Shown: piece by piece, positions 45,193-55,659 of the stretch
How the letters are laid out: every line of letters starts with the position of its first letter
How positions within the stretch are numbered: the first letter of the stretch is position 1
Source: a virus
DNA length: 64,000 bases
Virus record (IMG/VR): IMGVR_UViG_3300042449_001328
Location: 1-64,000 of that record
Strand: one strand, 5' to 3'
Notes under the pieces: model-generated
Database searches by the model: none
What the model saw: the letters and a program-made list of their open reading frames with translations, nothing else
What the model was told of the DNA's origin: nothing
Position numbers and translations under genes: made by a program

Positions 45193-46686
45193 TCAAACAA
45201 CTGCTATTTCATAATACGTTCCTTGATTTCTTTCTAGTAAGAAAGCATCCGCATTAGAGATTGAACTATTAAATAGAATTGCCTCTCCGATAACTCCAGC
45301 ACCAGCTCCATTGCCTAAAGGACTTCTTGCTCCTATCGTCAAGTTGCCCGCAGTGCTACTCTCTCCCCCAGAACCAGTCGCTCGTACAACCCCGTTTGTT
45401 CTTATATCATTCGCGCCAGCTGCGTATCTTCCAGTTGCAATAGAGTATGCGTTATTAGTAATATCTCCGTTGGATATATCCGCACCTGTTGTGTAACGCC
45501 AGTTAGTCGAACCAGATGGGCCGCCTAATGACCTTAGATTTGTGACTGTTGCTGTACTGCCCAATAGTGAAAAAAAATCCCTATCTGATGTTACTTCTGA
45601 ACGAGCCAAAACGTTCATTGTTTGTGGATTAGCTCCCCATAAGCTTGCATCTGCCGAGGTAGCCGTGTTGAATAACCATGTTGTAGCACTGAAGCGTATA
45701 ACAGGTTTGGTATTTTCAATATTTACTACACCACTCGTTACTATTTGTGGCTGGTTCCCTGCTGTTGTTTGGGTTGCGTTAAATCCATTTATTGATTGGT
45801 CGTACCAAGTCCTTACAAATCCGTTACCTTGGTTGGCTGTGGCTACTGTTTGTCGATATGTTTGAGCGGTTGCCCCTAGAGTTACTTGAGCACCCCATAC
45901 GTATTTATTATGCCCAACCGTTCGAGTGGCATCATTATCTGCTGCGGCACTTGCAATAAGTGCTGCGTAGTCGGTTACCAAGGGAATACTACCTGTAATA
46001 GACACCCTATACCATCCACCCCCCACATTGGTTATTGATGAGCTAGTATAAATTGCAACGCCTATAGCGTCCGCAGTTCCTATTGTCCCAGTGTCTAAGT
46101 TTACCCAACACCTAAATTGATTGCTTGGGCTTGTTATATGATACACACCAACTCTAACCCAAGTTCCTACAGTCGCTTTTTTAAGATATACCGAATGTGT
46201 AACCGTTAGCCCTAATGATAATCCAGCTATTGCTTGAGTTCTTGCACTATTTGTTGATGTACACGTTGTTAAATCAGCAGTCATCTGACCATTTGGGGCT
46301 AAAGCGGCGTTTGTTGTAACTGTTTCACCTGCTCCTGATAATAAATCCCACGCGACATTTTCGAACTGTTCTGAATAGGTCAATAAGTTCTGATACCCCA
46401 CGTGATTCATTAAATCCACTTGGTCTAAATCACCACTGGACGTAAACCCAATATTTGCCTCAGCATTATCTATATCCCTGCGTACTCTAATAGCATTACC
46501 TGTATAAGCATTTCTTAGTCTCCTTAATGAGTAAGCAGCAGAAGATTGAATACTTATTAAATCTAATGGGGTTAGTGGTATTGTTAAACTTTTATATAAA
46601 GTATATGGGGTAAAAATATTTACCGAAGTTGGTTTTTTCTTATCCTTAAAAGCAATTGTCATTGCTGACATTCTGTTTATTCTCAT
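45193..46686 (-). CDS. Virion protein with lectin/LamG-like and carbohydrate-binding domains
   Basis: AAYSLRRL...YTGNAIRVRR, NLL.YSE.F...W, GGGWYRVS, WYDQS.NG..ATQ. Confidence 0.7.
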   Translation of the reverse strand: MRINRMSAMTIAFKDKKKPTSVNIFTPYTLYKSLTIPLTPLDLISIQSSAAYSLRRLRNAYTGNAIRVRRDIDNAEANIGFTSSGDLDQVDLMNHVGYQNLLTYSEQFENVAWDLLSGAGETVTTNAALAPNGQMTADLTTCTSTNSARTQAIAGLSLGLTVTHSVYLKKATVGTWVRVGVYHITSPSNQFRCWVNLDTGTIGTADAIGVAIYTSSSITNVGGGWYRVSITGSIPLVTDYAALIASAAADNDATRTVGHNKYVWGAQVTLGATAQTYRQTVATANQGNGFVRTWYDQSINGFNATQTTAGNQPQIVTSGVVNIENTKPVIRFSATTWLFNTATSADASLWGANPQTMNVLARSEVTSDRDFFSLLGSTATVTNLRSLGGPSGSTNWRYTTGADISNGDITNNAYSIATGRYAAGANDIRTNGVVRATGSGGESSTAGNLTIGARSPLGNGAGAGVIGEAILFNSSISNADAFLLERNQGTYYEIAVV

Positions 46687-46730
46687 AAACTTTTATATAT
46701 TCCCACAGTTATTAAAAATACTAATTTTAA

Positions 46731-48869
46731 CTACACTATGTTTAAATCGCTCACAAACGACTTTAAAAGCTCATTGTTCTCTTTGAAGAATTGATCTATC
46801 AATGGCTTTATTTTGCTGTTAAATACCTCTTTAGATACATGATTATCATCTTTGTGGTATGGAACACCAACGCTTTTATATTTTACAACATCTTCGCCTT
46901 CAACATTGACCGCATGATACTGCTCCAAAGCTCTGGCAAAACATTCACAAGTTCTGTTCACATAATCGCTATCTGTCTTTTTGTTCAAATTATTTCTGAA
47001 TGTATTGGCTATTTTCCCAGCAAGTGAATTAAAATCATCTGACGCATAATGTCTGTTTTTTGAATTACCCAATTGATTGTCTAAGAAGTGAGCAAATTCA
47101 TGAGCTAAAGTGAACCCAAACTTGCCATTTTCTTTATTGTCGCTTACACCGATTGCTTTCATTGATGGGTAATATAAACCTAAAGCATTTCTGGCGTGCA
47201 TCATTTTATCCCCACTGTGGCTTATCTTTAGGCCAAACTTTTTCGATATTGATGACCTGTCCCCAAATGATTTGTAAACTTCGTTCAATGAATTTTTTAT
47301 CTGCTCAATTTGCTGCTCTTTTATTTCTTTTCCGTTTTGCAATTTCACTTTCACTCCATGACTGTCAAGTAAAGTGTTTTTTGTCCCAGAGTCACCGTAA
47401 CTGGTCTCCCTGCCTTTATCAAAACTAGTGTTGTTCTCTTCTCTCTGTATACGTAAATCTTTTTTCCTCCACTGCAATTGATCTCTAACCTCTTTATACT
47501 CAATGACACAAGGATCATCGTAACTGTACGATCTTTTGCCCATATCAAAAGGGGTTTTGTAATCCTTGTTTACAAATTTTTTATACATGTCAAAATTAGA
47601 TTTCAACATACTGTTTTCATCTAATTGGCTTATCCTTTTGCCAGTAGGCAATTGGACAGGGGAATTTTTCATGTCTGGTATCTCTGCTATCTTTGCCTCT
47701 TTTGGCAAACCCTCCCATTGTTCCTTAGTGTATTTTTTCTTCTGTTTTTCAGAAAGCCTTTTATCATAATCAAATGGATAATACATTTTTATTTTTTCAT
47801 CACTCCATTCTGCTACTCTGGCCAGTATTTTCTTTGTTTCGTTTTCTTTCTTTTTGGCAATGATCGCTTTTGCAGTTTTTTGATAATAGTCTTGCATTGC
47901 TACCATTTGGTCTATCTGAACAACTGCATATTCTGATATATGGTTGTTCAATAATGCTCTATTATCTTCTTCCCATTTATTTTTATCAGAGTATTCATAT
48001 TTTTTGCCAGATATTTCTATTGCGTATCCATCTTTTTCATTGCCCCACACATTTGTTGGTGAATCTAACTCCAAGTAGCTGTACTTGCCATCAAGTATAT
48101 CCCTTTTCAACTGTTCGTTGTTCAGCTTATAAGAAGATGCTGTTTTATTATATCCATTTGTGGCCAACAAATAGGTATCATCACTTAATTTCACATAATC
48201 AAAAACAAAATTGTCCAACTTCCTTCCTGCAAAAACTGCAAGGTTTATATCTGGACACCAATTTGGTTTAGGCTTATCCAAAATACCTTCTTGTTCCACA
48301 AGCTGTATGTCCATTTGACTAATCAAGGTATAATCCAAGGCTTGTATTTTTTCACCCGATCTGGTTGTAAATTCCTTTACCTCAATATTGCTTTTTTGCT
48401 CTCCCTGTTTCTCTATGGTGTTGCTTACTGGAAGTTCACCGCTCTCTTTGCCAAACAGTTCTTTAACTGCCTTAAACCTGTTGCTTTCAGTAACATTGTT
48501 AATTATTTCAGAAGAATTTTCAACTGGAGGTATGCTTATCTCGCTTTCTGGCACTAGGGTATTGTTAACTTCATAACCTGCTTTATTATCAATAATTGAT
48601 ACACCACTTACCTCAAGTTCTTTTCCGTCAACCGTGACGTTAGTACTAACATCAACTAAATTCTTTAATTCTTTTGCTTGTTCTTTCTGTACAGTCTCTT
48701 GATATGTTTCTTCTGGCATTTTTGAAATCAAATTGGACATGATTTCTTCTTTTGCATTTAACGGGAAAATCCAACCCCCAAGGGTCTTGTTCCAACTACC
48801 TATACCAACATCTGATTTTATTTTTCTCAGCAATTCTAAATTAGCATAAGTGTTGCCTGTTATAAGCAA
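46731..48869 (-). CDS. Large polyvalent-type protein with a C-terminal zincin (LPD1-like) domain; frame stays open upstream to about 49075
   Basis: TLAHEFAHFLD...ECFARALEQY. The annotated TTG start is doubtful. Confidence 0.75.
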   Translation of the reverse strand: MLITGNTYANLELLRKIKSDVGIGSWNKTLGGWIFPLNAKEEIMSNLISKMPEETYQETVQKEQAKELKNLVDVSTNVTVDGKELEVSGVSIIDNKAGYEVNNTLVPESEISIPPVENSSEIINNVTESNRFKAVKELFGKESGELPVSNTIEKQGEQKSNIEVKEFTTRSGEKIQALDYTLISQMDIQLVEQEGILDKPKPNWCPDINLAVFAGRKLDNFVFDYVKLSDDTYLLATNGYNKTASSYKLNNEQLKRDILDGKYSYLELDSPTNVWGNEKDGYAIEISGKKYEYSDKNKWEEDNRALLNNHISEYAVVQIDQMVAMQDYYQKTAKAIIAKKKENETKKILARVAEWSDEKIKMYYPFDYDKRLSEKQKKKYTKEQWEGLPKEAKIAEIPDMKNSPVQLPTGKRISQLDENSMLKSNFDMYKKFVNKDYKTPFDMGKRSYSYDDPCVIEYKEVRDQLQWRKKDLRIQREENNTSFDKGRETSYGDSGTKNTLLDSHGVKVKLQNGKEIKEQQIEQIKNSLNEVYKSFGDRSSISKKFGLKISHSGDKMMHARNALGLYYPSMKAIGVSDNKENGKFGFTLAHEFAHFLDNQLGNSKNRHYASDDFNSLAGKIANTFRNNLNKKTDSDYVNRTCECFARALEQYHAVNVEGEDVVKYKSVGVPYHKDDNHVSKEVFNSKIKPLIDQFFKENNELLKSFVSDLNIV

Positions 48870-49039
48870 AGATTTATCTGAATATCTTGTAATTTTTAAA
48901 TCTAGTTTTGTATCCAGGGATTCGCCTAGTGGTAAATTTTCTTCTATCTTATCAGTACCTACCTCTCGGTACTGATAAAATGTTTTACCGCCCCTCTGTA
49001 CTTTTATGTATTCGTACCTTTTGCCTTTTTGGATAGTGT

Positions 49040-51436
49040 CTAAAACAGACTGTTCAAAAAAAAACCGTCTTCTGACTTTTTTATTTTAGTCTTTGCTTGT
49101 TCTGCTTTCCTAATCTCTATTTCCCTTTTTGCTGCATTACTTAATGTAGGATCTGAATGTGATTTCATTTTCATCAAAATATCATTTGACGTCCTACCAG
49201 CGTGTTCAGCTAGTTTTTCAGGTGAATGTTGGAATTTTCCCTTGCTGTTAGCTTTTTGTTGATCGTTATTTTCAGATTTAGAGATTAAAGTTTTTTTCTT
49301 TAACCTACTCTCCCACAAAATTTTACCGTCAGGGGTTAAGACATTATCATTTTTTACAAACTCTAGGCCATGTTGTTTTTCTGCTAATTCATAAAGCAAT
49401 GAACCTATTCCTTGACCCCTATGATTTGGATCTACTTGTACAGTTGTAGCTATTAAATTCGGTTTGAATTTGTTTTTTATATAAGTCATGTCTCCCACAT
49501 GATTGTTACCTTTTTTAGCAATAATTTTATATTCATTGTCATCCAAATGCTTTATATGAAATGAAGCATTTTCTCCATTTTTAAGTTTTTTTTCATAAAT
49601 AGGGTAACCTAAGTTTGTGTGACCTACAACAATTCCACCCCTATCCCCCTCAGCTTTTTCGAGATCGTTACTCTCACCCTTCTCAATTCCAAAATACTCT
49701 TTTAAGTGTTCTTTAGTGTCTTTAAATAAATCCGCTGCCATCCACTCGTTTACTGACATAAACTTTAATTGAGTAGCTTCGTTTTCTAAATCAATGTTAG
49801 CTAGAGGTGAAGTGCCTAAGTCTTGATAGAAATTTATGCAGTAACCGTTTAATGTTTGACCTGTTGGCAATTGCTTAGTGTAGCATGGAACTAGATAAGA
49901 GGATTTGTCAATGTCTAGATTTGTTTCTTCTTTGAATTCCCTGAATGCTGCTTCGTCTGGTCTTTCATCTCCGTCCACATGACCTCCAGGCAGCATCCAT
50001 TGTCCGTTATCTTCTCTTTTCATTAAAAGCAACTTTCCTTCGTGGTCTGTGTAGATAATTGCTACATAGTCTCCTTCGGCTTTTTTTAGCTCGTTGCTTA
50101 ATTCTTTCTTTTGCTTTTTAGCCTCTTTCTTTTGCTTTTCATCGTCATCCTCTTCTAGTATTTTTACTAGGTTCTTATGCTCTTCGATGAATTCATCTTT
50201 TGGGATTTCAACTTTTTCAGACTTTTTTATTTCACCTGAGATATGTTTTTTTACCGTATCTACTATTTGTTGTATAGAATCTCCTTCTTTAACATCTATA
50301 TTTATAAACTCAACATTTGGGTGTTCTTTTTTTATTTCTTCAAACGAAGTCTTATTTCTCCTATAATCTGAATTATTAAAATCGCCTACAGTAACATTGA
50401 TTATCTTTTTCAACCCATCATCTTCAATGTCTGAATTAAAGTTGCTCCAATCAGGTGTATGGTCTTTCACCCTTATTCCTATATCTCCAAACCTAGCATA
50501 GCCTTGATTCCCTAACGGGAAACCTAATGAGGCTTGTATGTCAAATTCAGCTTTAACTTGATTTTTTTCATCTAAATCGTAATCTTTGAATTTATGACCC
50601 GATAAAGCTGATTTAAAAGTAGTATGCCCTCTTACTCCACTTCCAATCCCTCCCTTACTCAACTCTATCTCCACAGCTAGTTGATATACTCTTTCGGCTG
50701 ATTCTAGGTCTAGGTTGTGAGATTTTTGGAGGTCGATTAGGATGTCGGCTTTAGAAACTTCCTCTTTTTCAACTTGAGTTTTATGGTAATTTTCACTCAT
50801 TCTATGAGCAGATTCATTAATGCTTGAATCTTTTATTTTACCATCACTGCGAGTACCATGTTTTTTATAAGAATCTGTTAATATTTTATTATGAGCATTT
50901 TGAGCATCTATATGGTCTTGTTTTGAAAAACTCGCATAATGATCCAAAACTTTTGATTTTGTTCCAGGTTTTAAATGAGATTCATAAATCGGTTTATTTG
51001 ATTGCGTAGTCCCTATAACTTTTCCGCCTTTAGAACCAACGCCGCCTTTCTCAATTAGCTCCTCTAACTCCTTCTCAGCTTTTTCTATCCCTTCGTGAAA
51101 CTTAGCTACCTTATTGATAAACTTATCTTCGTTCTTAGATCTCTTTTCTTGAAGGATTTGTTTTGTGGCTTGGATTTCTTCGTTGCCTTCTGATTTAACT
51201 AGGGCTTGATCGCAGGCTTGAATTTTAGATTCAAATTCCTGATCTATTTCATCGAAGTTTTCGATTGCTTTTTGCAAGTCCTCTTTGCCTAACTCAATTA
51301 CCTCCTCCAATGCCTCTGCTTTGCGTAGTTCTATTTGATCGGCAGTAAGATTGTTGCCTTGTTCATCTTGGATAACAACTCCGGGGATTTCTTTGATAGT
51401 GCCAAAAGCATTACGGATAGTTGAAAATAAATTCAT
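49040..51436 (-). CDS. Multidomain protein: repeat modules + Nudix hydrolase + GNAT acetyltransferase
   Basis: Nudix box LPGGHVDGDERPDEAAFREFKEETNL; GNAT motif A VDPNHRGQGIGSLLY; GG.V.G.T....PIY modules. Confidence 0.8.
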   Translation of the reverse strand: MNLFSTIRNAFGTIKEIPGVVIQDEQGNNLTADQIELRKAEALEEVIELGKEDLQKAIENFDEIDQEFESKIQACDQALVKSEGNEEIQATKQILQEKRSKNEDKFINKVAKFHEGIEKAEKELEELIEKGGVGSKGGKVIGTTQSNKPIYESHLKPGTKSKVLDHYASFSKQDHIDAQNAHNKILTDSYKKHGTRSDGKIKDSSINESAHRMSENYHKTQVEKEEVSKADILIDLQKSHNLDLESAERVYQLAVEIELSKGGIGSGVRGHTTFKSALSGHKFKDYDLDEKNQVKAEFDIQASLGFPLGNQGYARFGDIGIRVKDHTPDWSNFNSDIEDDGLKKIINVTVGDFNNSDYRRNKTSFEEIKKEHPNVEFINIDVKEGDSIQQIVDTVKKHISGEIKKSEKVEIPKDEFIEEHKNLVKILEEDDDEKQKKEAKKQKKELSNELKKAEGDYVAIIYTDHEGKLLLMKREDNGQWMLPGGHVDGDERPDEAAFREFKEETNLDIDKSSYLVPCYTKQLPTGQTLNGYCINFYQDLGTSPLANIDLENEATQLKFMSVNEWMAADLFKDTKEHLKEYFGIEKGESNDLEKAEGDRGGIVVGHTNLGYPIYEKKLKNGENASFHIKHLDDNEYKIIAKKGNNHVGDMTYIKNKFKPNLIATTVQVDPNHRGQGIGSLLYELAEKQHGLEFVKNDNVLTPDGKILWESRLKKKTLISKSENNDQQKANSKGKFQHSPEKLAEHAGRTSNDILMKMKSHSDPTLSNAAKREIEIRKAEQAKTKIKKSEDGFFLNSLF

Positions 51437-51483
51437 CTTTGTTTTGTTGAAAGTATAATGATTGTATTTAAAAATACTAAAAA

Positions 51484-52206
51484 TCAGCGTTCGTATTTAC
51501 ACTTGTCAGGATACAAGTGTTGTAGCAATATTTGAATCTGTCCGCCCTCAAGGCCAGTGTCGCCTATTGAGAATACTGGAGAATCGGATACTGATTGTTT
51601 TAATTCGTTCAGCGACCTGTGGTCATTGATCTTTATGTCGTTGAACTGGACTTTATCTAAGTTCATCAGGTTTCCATATAACGACTTTATTGTAAAACCA
51701 TTACGTTCTTCTTCCCAAGGGATGGCTGAATTTATGTCTAGGAATGATTGCCTGTTGTACCTGATAGGGGTGTGGCAATCGAAGTTGTGGGTTGTGCTGT
51801 TTCTTGAAAGCAGGTGGTCGATGGTGTTCTTTACCGAAATCCTGTAACTAGATTGAGGGTTTGTCCTTGACAATAACCCTTCCAGTGATTTGTTGTAGTA
51901 ATTAGGGAAAGTGTCCGCTGAATGGTCTTGGTTTAAAAAGTGATCGTCATTGAAAAACAAGAAGGTATCACTGATGCTATGTGTGCTACATGCTTCTTTT
52001 ATCTTGCTGAGTATGTTTTTCTCTTTGCATGGCGACCAATCGTCCATTGGTATGTGGATGCAGTTGTGTTCAAACCAAGGTGGTTCTCCCACTATATAGA
52101 CATTGCCTACGTCTTTTAAATGTTTTTCTATTGACCTAAGTGAATATTTAAGTTCTAGGTCGTAGAATCGACTGCCTATTCCAAGGACATATACAACGTC
52201 TGTCAT
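51484..52206 (-). CDS. Stealth-family-like sugar-phosphate transferase
   Basis: DVVY, ELKYSLRSIEK, VYIVGE.P.W, FLFFNDDHF, H.PI motifs. Confidence 0.7.
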   Translation of the reverse strand: MTDVVYVLGIGSRFYDLELKYSLRSIEKHLKDVGNVYIVGEPPWFEHNCIHIPMDDWSPCKEKNILSKIKEACSTHSISDTFLFFNDDHFLNQDHSADTFPNYYNKSLEGLLSRTNPQSSYRISVKNTIDHLLSRNSTTHNFDCHTPIRYNRQSFLDINSAIPWEEERNGFTIKSLYGNLMNLDKVQFNDIKINDHRSLNELKQSVSDSPVFSIGDTGLEGGQIQILLQHLYPDKCKYER

Positions 52207-52266
52207 GAACGCATTATCGTAACCCTATAACTTGATAAAATCAGAGGTTATAGGGAATAAGAAATT

Positions 52267-52578
52267 TTAGAAGCTAGAAGGGCCAGGGTTTTCAACCACT
52301 AAGGTCAGTATATTGGCTTCGTCTGTTTCTGAAACAAGAAGCCCTAATCCTCTCAATTGAGCTATGGCTACCAGTTCCTGAACAGTTGTTTCCTTCAATT
52401 GGATGTTTGACAAAATCTTTTGGTGAAAACTGTTTGTTATATTTTGAGGGTGTAAACCTTTTATTTCTAAAACGGTAAGGTTGCCCATAGCATCAGACAA
52501 ACCAGTGATATTAGGCATGAAGTCTGTATATAATCGAACTCTTACTTGTTGGTCTGTAAAGGTGAATAGTTTTGCCAT
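52267..52578 (-). CDS. Hypothetical protein
   Basis: 103 aa with its own promoter-like motif. Confidence 0.6.
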   Translation of the reverse strand: MAKLFTFTDQQVRVRLYTDFMPNITGLSDAMGNLTVLEIKGLHPQNITNSFHQKILSNIQLKETTVQELVAIAQLRGLGLLVSETDEANILTLVVENPGPSSF

Positions 52579-52649
52579 CGGTCTTTTTAGTATTGAAATT
52601 AAAAATACTAAATTTTTCTTTTACTTTTTAATCTCAACAATTAGTAAAA

Positions 52650-53285
52650 TCAAAATGGCAAAGAAGATGCTTGGACATAAAAAGCATCCCCCCAAGACTT
52701 ATTGAGTGCCCATTGGGTCTGTACCCTTGTGAAACCAAATGCACCTAAATAGAAATCAACATCTTCGATCAAAGCGCAGCCAGCATATAGTTCTGCTTTG
52801 TTGACCTCAATATATACTGCCTGAAATTGTTTTAACAAATCCCCCATGCCCCTTAATGCCAATAGATCTGCGCCCTGCAAGTCTATGTTCAATAGATCGC
52901 AGTTTTTTAAATCCAATCCCAACTTATCTACCCTTCTCATTACTGTCTTGAATTCACTGATATAAGTCACGTCAGGATGTTCTACGCTATGTAATTTTAA
53001 GTCCAATATTGAACTAGATTGACCTTTGTTGCTCGATACATGGAAGGTCACTTCTTTGCCCTCTTCATCTCCTATGCAATAATTGAATCCAGTTGCATCA
53101 GGGTACTTGCTCAAATTCTCTTTGAGTTTTAAAAATATCTCTGGATTGGCTTCAATCCAAATTTGTTTCTTTATACCCAATTGATCGTATATAGGAGCTT
53201 CTTCACCTACATTTCCTCCTATATGTAGGACGCCTGTGAATTTCAAATCATAGTATGGGAAAAGTTTTCTAAAATCTATTAGCAT
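52650..53285 (-). CDS. FkbM-family methyltransferase
   Basis: LHIGGNVGEE, IEANP, LNIDLQGADL, YIEVN. Confidence 0.88.
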   Translation of the reverse strand: MLIDFRKLFPYYDLKFTGVLHIGGNVGEEAPIYDQLGIKKQIWIEANPEIFLKLKENLSKYPDATGFNYCIGDEEGKEVTFHVSSNKGQSSSILDLKLHSVEHPDVTYISEFKTVMRRVDKLGLDLKNCDLLNIDLQGADLLALRGMGDLLKQFQAVYIEVNKAELYAGCALIEDVDFYLGAFGFTRVQTQWALNKSWGDAFYVQASSLPF

Positions 53286-53473
53286 TTTTGTATAATCATT
53301 AAGTGGATAATATCGTTAATATTTGAAGTAGGTTTGTCTTTATAAGCAAACGAATAAACTGCTGATGTGGTCTCATAAATCCTATCCATACCCCAATCAA
53401 CAAACTGTTTCCCATCTTCTTGTGGGACTATACCTTGTAGTTTAATAGATTTTAGTATGCTTAAATAATCCAT
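53279..53473 (-). CDS. Hypothetical protein
   Basis: 64 aa, coupled to its neighbours. Confidence 0.5.
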   Translation of the reverse strand: MDYLSILKSIKLQGIVPQEDGKQFVDWGMDRIYETTSAVYSFAYKDKPTSNINDIIHLMIIQKC

Positions 53474-53478
53474 AATTT

Positions 53479-54054
53479 TTATTTTTTTATAAACCAGAAT
53501 GAAACCATACTATCATCTCCATTTTCAAATGTTGTGTGAATATCAGACATAGTATATTTATTGTTACTTTCAGATACAAAACATTTAACTGCCTCATTAA
53601 CGCCATATTGAGGACTTAAATAATCATGCCCTGAAATTACCCCTCCACTCCTTACTTTAGGATATATAGCTTTCAAATCAGCTAAACACCCCTTGTAGCT
53701 GTGATCTCCATCTAAGTAGGCAAAGATAAGTGAATTGTCAGTTATTAATGGGATAGTGTCACTCGATTTGCCTTGATATATATATCTTTTGTTTTCAAAA
53801 GCGTTTGTTCTATACAATGCTTCTTTTAAATTATCGTCATGCCAGTTTTGTTCAAAGCCTCCGTCTCCTTTTTGATTGAGGGTTTGCCAAGCGTCAATCA
53901 TGTAATGTTTGGTAACATTAGGCCAAGAGATAATGTGTTCACTAAATCGTCCTTCAGCTACTCCTATTTCAACAGAGTGACCTACTAGGTTATTGTGTAT
54001 TAATAAGTTACAAAACTCTGTTCGGTAATTAAGTTGGTTTGATTTTAAGCCCAT
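53479..54054 (-). CDS. Class I SAM methyltransferase (Methyltransf_24-like)
   Basis: VEIGVAEG, YLDGDHSY, GGVISGHDY. Confidence 0.88.
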   Translation of the reverse strand: MGLKSNQLNYRTEFCNLLIHNNLVGHSVEIGVAEGRFSEHIISWPNVTKHYMIDAWQTLNQKGDGGFEQNWHDDNLKEALYRTNAFENKRYIYQGKSSDTIPLITDNSLIFAYLDGDHSYKGCLADLKAIYPKVRSGGVISGHDYLSPQYGVNEAVKCFVSESNNKYTMSDIHTTFENGDDSMVSFWFIKK

Positions 54055-54728
54055 CTTTTCTTTGCAAATAAATATATGTGTTCATATTCCACGTCATGGG
54101 TCTTTTTCAAGAACTCAATAGCGTTCATCAAATTTTGTTTTGCCTTCTCTTTCTCTATTCCCGTGAATGCGTGTGGATGGATTTCTGCTACTAGGTAATC
54201 TACTCGGTCGGCTATTTCTTCCAATGATTCTTTATGTTCCCATATTGTATTTTCGTTGCCCTCTATGTCGATCTTCATTACCACATTATCATCAGGGTAG
54301 CAATAATCGGTTAATAATTTATCTGGCATGATAAGCTCTACATTGGACACCTCTGCTCTGGGGTTGTTCTCCATATCTTGCTCATTGATATGATCACTGA
54401 TCGATAAGTATTCTTCGTTTGATCCATTTGTAGCATCTGTCTTGTGCCAAGTTTTACCTCTTCCTATTGCTTTTCTAATTAAATGGCTTTTTTCAATTTT
54501 AGTATGTTCTAACCATACTTTTTGATTCTCAGGATTAGGTTCTACTGCTATTATCCAAGCATTAGGGAAAAGCTCGTGAGCAAATCTAGTAAAGCAGCCT
54601 ACATTTGCCCCAAGGTCGAATATAATATTTGGGGTAAAGTCAAGTTGCCTAAGTCTATAACTATCATTGGTAACAACTTCTGCATACAAACCCCTAAATC
54701 CTCCGTTTAAACTGTCTTCTAGTTTCAT
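54045..54728 (-). CDS. FkbM-family methyltransferase
   Basis: FDLGANVG, AVEPNP, MKIDIEGNE, EIH. Confidence 0.88.
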   Translation of the reverse strand: MKLEDSLNGGFRGLYAEVVTNDSYRLRQLDFTPNIIFDLGANVGCFTRFAHELFPNAWIIAVEPNPENQKVWLEHTKIEKSHLIRKAIGRGKTWHKTDATNGSNEEYLSISDHINEQDMENNPRAEVSNVELIMPDKLLTDYCYPDDNVVMKIDIEGNENTIWEHKESLEEIADRVDYLVAEIHPHAFTGIEKEKAKQNLMNAIEFLKKTHDVEYEHIYLFAKKRWA

Positions 54729-54825
54729 TTGTCTTTATTGTTTCTTTTAAAATCAACTACATCTTGCAATATCATAAATACCAAAATTGCCAACACAATA
54801 AAAAATTGAACAGTCAATGTATTTT

Positions 54826-55659
54826 TCATAATCTTGCTTCTTTCCAATCAAATTTTTCTGGATCAAAATTTTCCATCCTGTCTTGATACCAGTAGGCACT
54901 ATTTTCTTCCGTACCGTTAAGTTTGCTGAATCGGCTAAATTCAGTTATATGCCCTGAACCTGGAATTTGATCGCTCAAATTATCCATTTGCTTTACACAA
55001 CCTGGAACAAATGCAAAAGTATGCAATTTCTGTGAAATATTTATCATTGAATGATCAATGCCAATTGATTGAGGTAAAAATTCGTCCAGTAAAGATAATA
55101 CTTTTTGAATCGAATTCCTATTTACAATGTAAGCGTAAGTACAAAAAGATCCGTAAGTACGAATCATTCTAGGATCATCTGTGAGTTCAGCGTCCCTGCC
55201 TAACTGTTCTTCTGGTTTTCTTTTCTCATCCCACCAAGGTTTCCCTATATGAAATGTTGCGCCAAGCCATACTGCATCCCACTTTCTTTCGATCTCTATT
55301 TTTTCTCCTAGATTGCAACATCTCCAATTATCAATATATTCTAATCTTTTTTCTAGGTCACTGCAAAATATTAAATCATCTTCCATTACAAAAGCATGTT
55401 TATTTTGCTGTAATGCTTGCTTCATGATTTTTTCTTGGCTAAGATAGCAACCAATAGCACCCTTCTGAGGTCTAGCTAGCATAGCTTTCATTTGATACGC
55501 TTTATAAGGCCACTCTTCTGGAGTCATTCCTTTTACTCTTACTGAATAACTAAATATATCAGGGAATCTATCAAACTGATTAAGCATGTGTTGCCTACGA
55601 TCATTTCTATGATCAAGATTTACATAAGCAACTAAACTGTCTTTTATCAATTGCATCAT
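54826..55659 (-). CDS. Glycosyltransferase family 25
   Basis: YVNLDHRNDRR, GAIGCYLSQ, VMEDD, TYAYIVN. Confidence 0.85.
   Translation of the reverse strand: MMQLIKDSLVAYVNLDHRNDRRQHMLNQFDRFPDIFSYSVRVKGMTPEEWPYKAYQMKAMLARPQKGAIGCYLSQEKIMKQALQQNKHAFVMEDDLIFCSDLEKRLEYIDNWRCCNLGEKIEIERKWDAVWLGATFHIGKPWWDEKRKPEEQLGRDAELTDDPRMIRTYGSFCTYAYIVNRNSIQKVLSLLDEFLPQSIGIDHSMINISQKLHTFAFVPGCVKQMDNLSDQIPGSGHITEFSRFSKLNGTEENSAYWYQDRMENFDPEKFDWKEARL

Noticed and set aside
52223-52255. Isolated hairpin CCCTATAAC...GTTATAGGG resembling an attC core pair
   Set aside because: Only about 33 bp, lacks the long arms and asymmetric spacers, and is far from the integrase. More likely a terminator or processing hairpin.
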